DNA of 64,000 nt, taken from the NCBI GenBank assembly GCA_965215505.1, contig OZ244065.1:320001-384000 (forward strand). Direction: 5' to 3'. The notes beneath the pieces are model-generated. The model made no database searches. It saw nothing but the letters and a program-made list of their open reading frames with translations, and had not been told where the DNA came from. Position numbers and translations under genes: made by a program. The DNA is from Capsulimonadaceae bacterium. Lineage in GTDB: Bacteria > Armatimonadota > Armatimonadia > Armatimonadales > Capsulimonadaceae. This document shows, one piece after another, positions 57,511-64,000 of the stretch; position 1 is the first letter of the stretch; the number at the start of each line of letters is the position of its first letter.

Positions 57511-57852
57511 ATGTCCAGCGTAAAACCAACCCCACCCGTCGCCGCGCCTGCGCCGGCGAACAGCTACCCGAAGCACTCCTCCGCCCCAGCCGCCCCGCCG
57601 AAGCAGCCCCCGGCACCCACCTACAGGCAGCAGGCACACGCGGCGGCCACGCCTCCTGCGGCGGAACGACGCCATGCCGCCCCCGCCACGGCGACCACCG
57701 CGCTCTCCTCGGAGGCACTTTCCAGCACGGACGTTTCCTATGTCGAGTCGCTCATGGGGGCCATCCCCGCGCAGAAGATGGAAGAGCTTCTGCTGAAAAC
57801 CGGCGTCCCCATCCCCGCTAACCTGGGGCCGAACATAGACACGGCGGCCTGA
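57511..57852 (+). CDS. Small Pro/Ala-rich protein with YjfB-like C-terminus
   Basis: Ends PANLGPNIDTAA. Confidence 0.55.
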   Translation: MSSVKPTPPVAAPAPANSYPKHSSAPAAPPKQPPAPTYRQQAHAAATPPAAERRHAAPATATTALSSEALSSTDVSYVESLMGAIPAQKMEELLLKTGVPIPANLGPNIDTAA

Positions 57853-57903
57853 GAGTCGCGCCGGAGGCGTCACATCCGGGGCGTCTTCGGCTATAATCAC
57901 CTC

Positions 57904-58977
57904 ATGGACACTTCTGCCGCGATGATGGAGGCCGGGCCGCCTCCCGCCGACGCCCCCCTGACCGATCAACCCATAACGGATCAACTCGTGCCTGCCCTGG
58001 AGGCCGCGCTGGCGGCGCGGGCCGACCGCTTCGACGCCCGGCACGAGGCCGCCTTCCGGCTCTTCAGCGGCTGGACGGAGGGCTGCCCGTCCCTCGTCGC
58101 CGACCTGTACGGCCAGACCCTAGTGCTGCACAACTACGCCGAGCCGCCCGACGCCGCGGAGGAGCAGGTCGAGCGGGCGGCCCGGTTCTACCGGACGCGC
58201 CTCCCCTGGCTGAGTGCCGTCCTGGTGAAGATGCGCTACGGCAGCACGGAGGACGCCAAGAAGGGCGCGCTGCTGTGGGGGACTTCGCTGACCCGGCGCG
58301 TGCGGGAGAACTGGGTGTGGTACGCCGTGGACCTGCGGCTCAACCAGGACGCCTCCTTCTACCTGGACACGCGCAACCTGCGCGAATGGGCGAAGGCGAA
58401 CCTGGGGGGGAAGACGGTGCTGAACACCTTCGCGTACACGGGCAGCCTGGGCGTGGCGGCACTCGCGGGCGGGGCATCCCGCGTGGTGCATCTGGACCTG
58501 AAGCGGGCCTTCCTGAACGTCGCCAAAGATTCCTATTTACAGAACGGGTTCCCGATCAGCACGGCGGACTTCCTGGCGGGCGACTTCTGGCCGCAGATCA
58601 GCCACCTGAAACGGGAAGGCGCGCGCTTCGACTGCGTCGTCGTTGACCCGCCGCTATTTTCGCGCACGCGGCATGGGACGGTGGATCTAGTGGAGGCGGG
58701 CCAGCGCGTCATCAACAAGGTGCGCCCGCTGATCGCCGACGGCGGCTATCTAGTCACCATCAACAACGCCCTGTTCGTCAGCGGGGCGCAGTACATGGGG
58801 ATGCTGGAAGGGCTGTGCGCCGACGGCTACCTCTCCATTGAGGCCCTGCTCCCCGTCCCACAGGACTTCATCGGCTACGCGGGCGCGGACACTGCCGCCC
58901 TGCCCGCCGACCCCGCTCCGTTCAACCACCCCACCAAGATCGCCGTCCTCCGCGTCCGGCGCAAGGACGCCGCGTGA
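57904..58977 (+). CDS. Class I SAM-dependent methyltransferase (RlmI/RlmK-like)
   Basis: FYLDTRNLR, VLNTFAYTGS, FDCVVVDPP. Confidence 0.85.
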   Translation: MDTSAAMMEAGPPPADAPLTDQPITDQLVPALEAALAARADRFDARHEAAFRLFSGWTEGCPSLVADLYGQTLVLHNYAEPPDAAEEQVERAARFYRTRLPWLSAVLVKMRYGSTEDAKKGALLWGTSLTRRVRENWVWYAVDLRLNQDASFYLDTRNLREWAKANLGGKTVLNTFAYTGSLGVAALAGGASRVVHLDLKRAFLNVAKDSYLQNGFPISTADFLAGDFWPQISHLKREGARFDCVVVDPPLFSRTRHGTVDLVEAGQRVINKVRPLIADGGYLVTINNALFVSGAQYMGMLEGLCADGYLSIEALLPVPQDFIGYAGADTAALPADPAPFNHPTKIAVLRVRRKDAA

Positions 58978-58983
58978 GCCGGT

Positions 58984-59637
58984 CTACGGGTCGGGGGAGG
59001 CGCTATCCACCTTCTTCCGCCGGTCGTCGCGGCTCTGCATGACGACGTAGGAGACGGGTCCGAGCCAGTAGAGTACGAGGCTGATGGTCGGGCTGACCCA
59101 GGAAAGAAGAACCGCCGCCAGGTAAATGGCGGCCGCTCCGAGAGTGCGAGTGGTACCCGCGCGCACAAACCGGGGGTCGAGGGGCGCGTCGGTCAGCCGG
59201 CCGCTCCGCGTGGCATAAGTCCAAAGGAGCTGGAGCGAGAGGCTGGTCAGCACCAGGCTCAGGCCGTAGACGGCGACCGCCGTCCGGTCATGGCGGAACT
59301 GCCCCAGAAGCCCTGCCGTGAAGGGGATGAAGGCGACGCACATCAGGAACAGGTTGTTGATCCACAGCAGTGTCCGGTCGGCGCGCTTCAGCGGGTGCAG
59401 CATCAGGTGGTGGGCGACCCAGTAGACGCCGATGATGACGAAGGAAAGGGCGTAGGAAAACAGCTCGGGCCAGAGGTGCAGCAGGCGGCCCGGAAGCTGT
59501 CCGGCCGTCGTCGTCGCGGGGTCGGGGACCCGGATGTCCAGCACCAGCAGCGTGACGGCGATGGCGAACACGCCGTCACTGAAGGCCGAAATCCGCTCCT
59601 TGCCAAGCCCCCCTGTCTCCTCGTCGTCCTGGCTCAT
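58984..59637 (-). CDS. TMEM175 (DUF1211) family potassium channel-like protein
   Basis: RISAFSDGVFAIAVTLLVLDI; SF...YWVAHH; N..FL...FIPF. Confidence 0.9.
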   Translation of the reverse strand: MSQDDEETGGLGKERISAFSDGVFAIAVTLLVLDIRVPDPATTTAGQLPGRLLHLWPELFSYALSFVIIGVYWVAHHLMLHPLKRADRTLLWINNLFLMCVAFIPFTAGLLGQFRHDRTAVAVYGLSLVLTSLSLQLLWTYATRSGRLTDAPLDPRFVRAGTTRTLGAAAIYLAAVLLSWVSPTISLVLYWLGPVSYVVMQSRDDRRKKVDSASPDP

Positions 59638-59653
59638 GCCTGCCGTTTCCCTC

Positions 59654-60613
59654 TCAGGGGACAAGGACGATCTTGCCGCGCGCCCCGGACGCCATGACGG
59701 CCTGGTGGGCATGGGGGGCGTCGGCCAGGGGGATCTCCTGCGAGATGACCGGAGACAGTGTGCCGTTCGCCAGCCCCGCGCCGACGGCGGCGTGGAGGCG
59801 GGCCGTCTCGCCCTCGGTGGCGTTCGCGAGGCTCATGCCCAGGACGGCGGCGTTCTTGACCATCGTCAGGCGCGGGTCTATCTCCACCGGTCCCCGGCTG
59901 CCGATGACCACGACGCGGCCATTCTGCGCCAGCGCGCCCAGGTCTTTGGCGAGGTTGACGTTCGCCAGCATCTCCAGCACGATGTCCACGCCCTTCCCGC
60001 CGGTCAGCGCCTTGACCTCGTCCAGATAGCCTTCTTTGGTGTGGTCCAAAACGTGCTGCGCTCCCTGCTCGGCGACCAGCCGCCGGCCCGCCTCGCTCCC
60101 CGCCGTGCCGAAAACGGTCAGCCCGCCCGCCCGCGCGATCTGGACGGCGGCCAGCCCGACGCCGCCGCTCGCGCCGTGGACCAGCAGATTCTCACCGGGC
60201 AGCGCCTTCGCGCGGTCATACAGGCCGTAATAAGCGGTGTAGTAGGGGACATGGACGGCGGCACCCTGGGCGAAGGACAGCCGGGGCGGCAGGGGCCGCA
60301 CCTGGGCCGCCGTGCAGAGCGCCTTCTCGGCATAGGCCCCGGTGATGGTGCCGGCCAGATAGACGCGGTCGCCCGGTTTGACGGCGGTGACGCCTGCGCC
60401 GACCGACTCGACCGTTCCCGCCGCGTCCGAGCCGGGCGTGTAGGGGAGGGGACGCTTGCCGTAGTTCCCCGACCGGATGTAGGTGTCCACGGGGTTGACG
60501 CCGACCGCCTCCACCGTCACCAGGACCTGGCCGGGACCCGGCTCCGGGTCGGCGATCTCTTCCACCCGCAGGGCCTCCGGCCCGCCGAACTCGTGGACTC
60601 GAATGGCTTTCAT
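59654..60613 (-). CDS. NADPH:quinone reductase (zeta-crystallin family)
   Basis: GGPEAL, GVNPVD, PYTPGSD, HGASGGVG, GKIVL. Confidence 0.9.
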   Translation of the reverse strand: MKAIRVHEFGGPEALRVEEIADPEPGPGQVLVTVEAVGVNPVDTYIRSGNYGKRPLPYTPGSDAAGTVESVGAGVTAVKPGDRVYLAGTITGAYAEKALCTAAQVRPLPPRLSFAQGAAVHVPYYTAYYGLYDRAKALPGENLLVHGASGGVGLAAVQIARAGGLTVFGTAGSEAGRRLVAEQGAQHVLDHTKEGYLDEVKALTGGKGVDIVLEMLANVNLAKDLGALAQNGRVVVIGSRGPVEIDPRLTMVKNAAVLGMSLANATEGETARLHAAVGAGLANGTLSPVISQEIPLADAPHAHQAVMASGARGKIVLVP

Positions 60614-60706
60614 CTCTCCGAAACCTCCCTCGCACATGACGTGGCTGCACTCGGTGCAACGCCTCTGATGTACCCAAAAGCGTACCCGTTGGCATCGGGG
60701 GCGGCG

Positions 60707-62038
60707 TCAGAACTTTGTCGTCGGGAAGGAGGGGAGATAGCCCTCGTTGGCGGCGAACATTTCCTCGGTCATCTGCCGGATCTCGGCCAGGGAGAGGACG
60801 GCGGAGGTGAGCGGGTCATAGCAGATGGCGTGGAAGATCGCGCGGGCGTCGCCCGTCAGGCATCCTTCCACCGCCATCTCCTCGCTGCTGACGGTCGTGT
60901 TGACGAGCGCGGCGCACTGAGGGGGCAGCCGACCGGCGTGGATGGCCGCTAGTCCCCGCTTGCTCGCGACGACGGGGACCTCGACGCAGCAGTCCGGGGG
61001 GAGGTTGTCGATCAGGCCGTGATTGGCGACGTTACCGTTGAACTCGAACAGGGTGCCGTCGCCGATCAGGCCGTTCAGGATGGGAGCGGCGTACTCATTG
61101 CCGCGCTTGAGGTCGATCGGCTCCTCGCGGGCGAGCCAGTCCCGCGTCTCCTGCTGCCAGGAGGCTTCCCGGCGCTCGGACCCCTTGACGGCGTAGGCGT
61201 ATTCGCCGGGGTTCCAGCCGGTGCCGGGCAGGCAGTACTTCTCGATCAGGTCCGGGCGCTTGCGGAACCAGGCGTTGTACTCGGAGGCGTGGCCGCTGGA
61301 CTCGGTGACGTAGTAGTCCAGGTTCAGGAACATCTCGTTGCGGACGATCTCCTCGTTGTAGATGTCCGGCTTGGCGACGGCCTCGCGCAGCAGGGGGTAG
61401 GCGTCCCGGCCGTTCCACTCATAGGTGAGGTAGAAGGCCTGATGGTTGATCCCCGCGCACAGGTAAGTGACCTCGTTCATGGGTGCCCCGATCCAGCGGG
61501 CCAGCATGGCGGCCGTCCCCTGGACGCTGTGGCACAGGCCGACGGCGGGGACGCGCGACTCGCGCTGGATGGCCCGGCAGAGCAGCACCATCGGGTTGGT
61601 GTAGTTGAGCAAATAGGCGTCCGGGCAGAGCCGCTCCATGTCCCGGCAGATGTCCAGGATGGCGGGGATGGTGCGGAGCGCCCGGAAGATGCCGGACGGG
61701 CCGCGCGTGTCCCCGATGTTGATGTCCACGCCGTACTTCTTGGGGATTTCGACGTCGTTGCGCCAGACGGAGAGCGGGGACGTCATGATGGTGCAGAGGA
61801 CGGCGTCCGCGCCGTCGAGCGCCGCCTGCCGGTCCAGGTGCGCCTCGACCTTGGCGGGGTAGCTGCCCTGGGCGACGATCTTGCAGACGGCGGCGCGGGC
61901 GAATTCTAGCCGCTCGGGGTCCACGTCCATCAGGCAGATCGTGCCGTCGGCCAGCGCGGGGAAGGTCAGCAGGTCGCGCACGAGTCCGCGCGTGAATCCG
62001 AAGCTGCCCGCCCCGATAAAGGTAATCTTCTTTCCCAT
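60707..62038 (-). CDS. melA: Family 4 glycoside hydrolase, probable alpha-galactosidase
   Basis: [50 protein letters not shown]. Confidence 0.85.
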   Translation of the reverse strand: MGKKITFIGAGSFGFTRGLVRDLLTFPALADGTICLMDVDPERLEFARAAVCKIVAQGSYPAKVEAHLDRQAALDGADAVLCTIMTSPLSVWRNDVEIPKKYGVDINIGDTRGPSGIFRALRTIPAILDICRDMERLCPDAYLLNYTNPMVLLCRAIQRESRVPAVGLCHSVQGTAAMLARWIGAPMNEVTYLCAGINHQAFYLTYEWNGRDAYPLLREAVAKPDIYNEEIVRNEMFLNLDYYVTESSGHASEYNAWFRKRPDLIEKYCLPGTGWNPGEYAYAVKGSERREASWQQETRDWLAREEPIDLKRGNEYAAPILNGLIGDGTLFEFNGNVANHGLIDNLPPDCCVEVPVVASKRGLAAIHAGRLPPQCAALVNTTVSSEEMAVEGCLTGDARAIFHAICYDPLTSAVLSLAEIRQMTEEMFAANEGYLPSFPTTKF

Positions 62039-62054
62039 GCAACGGCCCTCGTGA

Positions 62055-62948
62055 TTATTTGGTGCCCTTGGCCGGGACGGCCGGGTCAAGGATGTTGTTG
62101 TCGCCCATCCAGTCCGCCAGCCGCTGCGGCCAGTTCTTGATCGTCGTCAGCTTCGACCGGGTGCCCATGTTGAAGGCGTGCGCGCCTTTGGTGAAGACGT
62201 GGACCTCGATGGGAAGCCGGGCGGCCCGGTACAGGCGGAAGATGTCAACGACCGCGTTCGTGTGGTCGTCGTCGTTGGCGACGAGCAGGAAGGCCGGCGG
62301 CGCGTCGGGCCGCAGCGCCGACGGGATGCCCGCGCCGCCCGGATAGACCTCCGCGATGAAGTCGGGCCGCGCGCTGACCCGGTCTGTCGGGTCCGGGGCG
62401 GCCGCGTCACCGGCGGTCTCGCCGAAGGCGGTCATGGAGACGACCTCGCCGCCCGCCGAGAAGCCGACCATGCCGATCCGGTTCGGGTCCACCCCCCACT
62501 CCGCCGCCCGGCTGCGGACCAGGCGCATGGCGCGCAGGCCGTCCTGGTGCGGGTGGGTCATGTTGTAGACGGACCCCGGCTCGCGCGGCAGGCGGTACTT
62601 GAGGGCGAAGGCCGCTACGCCGATGCTGTTGAAGTACTGCGCCGCCGCGATCCCTTCGGGCACGAACCCGAGTTCGCTGAAGCCGCCGCCGGGACACAGG
62701 ATCACGGCCGCTCCGGTGGCCTTCGCCCTCGGGGGGAGGAAGACCGTGAGCGACGGGTTGTTGACGTTTTTCACCCAGTAACTCGCAGCCAGCTCGGGGA
62801 TGTCCTTCCGCCCCTCGAAGCCGGGAGCGCCATTGGCCCACAGATGGATCACCGTACCGGCACTCGCCGGCGGCGTCTGCTGCGCCCTTACAGGCATGAC
62901 GGTTGTTAGAAAGGCCAGACCGATCACGGCCAGGAATAAAACTCGCAT
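62055..62948 (-). CDS. Secreted alpha/beta hydrolase (xylan esterase-like)
   Basis: Signal peptide; CPGGGF, YRLP, GFSAGG, GAHAF. Confidence 0.85.
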   Translation of the reverse strand: MRVLFLAVIGLAFLTTVMPVRAQQTPPASAGTVIHLWANGAPGFEGRKDIPELAASYWVKNVNNPSLTVFLPPRAKATGAAVILCPGGGFSELGFVPEGIAAAQYFNSIGVAAFALKYRLPREPGSVYNMTHPHQDGLRAMRLVRSRAAEWGVDPNRIGMVGFSAGGEVVSMTAFGETAGDAAAPDPTDRVSARPDFIAEVYPGGAGIPSALRPDAPPAFLLVANDDDHTNAVVDIFRLYRAARLPIEVHVFTKGAHAFNMGTRSKLTTIKNWPQRLADWMGDNNILDPAVPAKGTK

Positions 62949-62966
62949 CGTGTCACCTCGCCGAGA

Positions 62967-64000
62967 TCAGATTCGGAGCCGGTCTGTAGAATCCCCGAAC
63001 CGTTCCAGGTGCTTCAGGCCCATCCGGTCGGACAGGCTCAGGAACAGGTTGCAGGCCGGGGTGGAGCTGTACTTGGTGTAGCCCGCCGGGGCCAGGGTGC
63101 CGCCGCCGCCCCCCGCCAGCACGATGGGCAGGTTGGTGTGCGTGTGCTGATTGCCGTCGGAGTTCCCGCTGCCGTAGACGATCATCGAGTTGTGCAGCAG
63201 CGAATTGCCGTCCGGGTCTTTGATGCCGTCCATTTTGGTCAGGAACTTGGCGAACTGGTGCGCGTACCAGAAGTCTATTTTCGCCACTTTCGCGATGCGG
63301 TCGGGGTCGCCCTGGTGGTGCGACAGGTCGTGGTGGCCCTCGGGAATCCCGATCTGGCTGAAGGAGCGGTTGTCGCCGTCGTGCGCCAGGCAGAAGGAGG
63401 CGACGCGGGTGGAGTCGGTCTGGAAGGCCATGACCATCAGGTCGAACATGATGTCCACATACTCGGCCTGATCGGACGGGACGCCCTCGGGAGTCTCGGC
63501 GGCCGGGTCCGGGGCGGTCCCGTGCATCTCCGCCGTCTGGATGCGCGCCTCGATCTCACGCACCCCGGTCAGGTATTGATCGAGTTTCCCCTTGTCATTG
63601 ACCGACAGCCGCCTCTGCATGCGGCGCGCGTCGTCCAGCACGAAGTCGAGTACGGAGGTCTGGGCGAGCAGGTGCCGCCGGCTGATCTTCGCGCGCTCCC
63701 CCGGCAGTCCCGTCCCGAAAAGGCGCTCGAAGGCCAGGCGCGGGTTGGCTTCCGCCGTGACGGGCGTGGACGGCGAACTCCACGAGATGTCGTATTGGTA
63801 CGCGCAGGCGTAGTCCGCATCGCAGGCCGAGGCTTTGCGCGTGTCGTCGCAGGTCAGCTCGAGCGACGGGAACCGCGTCAGGTGGCCCACCTGGCGGGCC
63901 ATCAGTTGGTCGATGGAGACGCCGAGGTGGATGTCGGTGGCGCTCTTGTTCGGCCTGGCCCCGGAAAGGAAGACGCAGTTGGCGCGGGCGTGGTCGCCGC
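62967..64000 (-). CDS. DUF1552 domain-containing protein (5' part lies outside the window)
   Basis: Frame open to the window edge (GDHARA...SIDQLMA); SLEL, ISW, NPRLAFERLFG, AFQTDSTRV, HHDLSHH, DGNQH. Confidence 0.85.
   Translation of the reverse strand, partial: GDHARANCVFLSGARPNKSATDIHLGVSIDQLMARQVGHLTRFPSLELTCDDTRKASACDADYACAYQYDISWSSPSTPVTAEANPRLAFERLFGTGLPGERAKISRRHLLAQTSVLDFVLDDARRMQRRLSVNDKGKLDQYLTGVREIEARIQTAEMHGTAPDPAAETPEGVPSDQAEYVDIMFDLMVMAFQTDSTRVASFCLAHDGDNRSFSQIGIPEGHHDLSHHQGDPDRIAKVAKIDFWYAHQFAKFLTKMDGIKDPDGNSLLHNSMIVYGSGNSDGNQHTHTNLPIVLAGGGGGTLAPAGYTKYSSTPACNLFLSLSDRMGLKHLERFGDSTDRLRI

Overview
GC-rich bacterial chromosomal window with about 50 genes, mostly on the minus strand. 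An Armatimonadota-like origin is inferred from the DUF1559 prepilin style, the DUF1552 protein and the gene content. I see no rRNA, tRNA, CRISPR array or transposase. The main feature is a two-part DUF11 cluster (5582-24396). It encodes two paralogous ~795-aa putative major subunits, two small single-domain partners, two adhesin-like proteins, an adaptor and a 1147-aa outer-membrane beta-barrel, and each part lies behind a sigma28-like promoter. The domain ends suggest a donor-strand-complemented, possibly isopeptide-crosslinked fibre with its own export barrel (hypothesis). Also notable: a cobalamin riboswitch whose first gene is a type IV pilin-like DUF1559 protein ahead of btuF-like/cobU/cobS/cobT; a tandem array of seven paralogous unknown membrane proteins (45312-51936); an orphan phage-type replication protein; and several REP/REPIN/MITE-like repeat families. 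The rest is carbohydrate metabolism (GH30, CE15, GH4, Gfo/Idh/MocA), crtI-crtB, trpS, lysA and other housekeeping genes. All calls come from reading motifs by eye; no database search was run.
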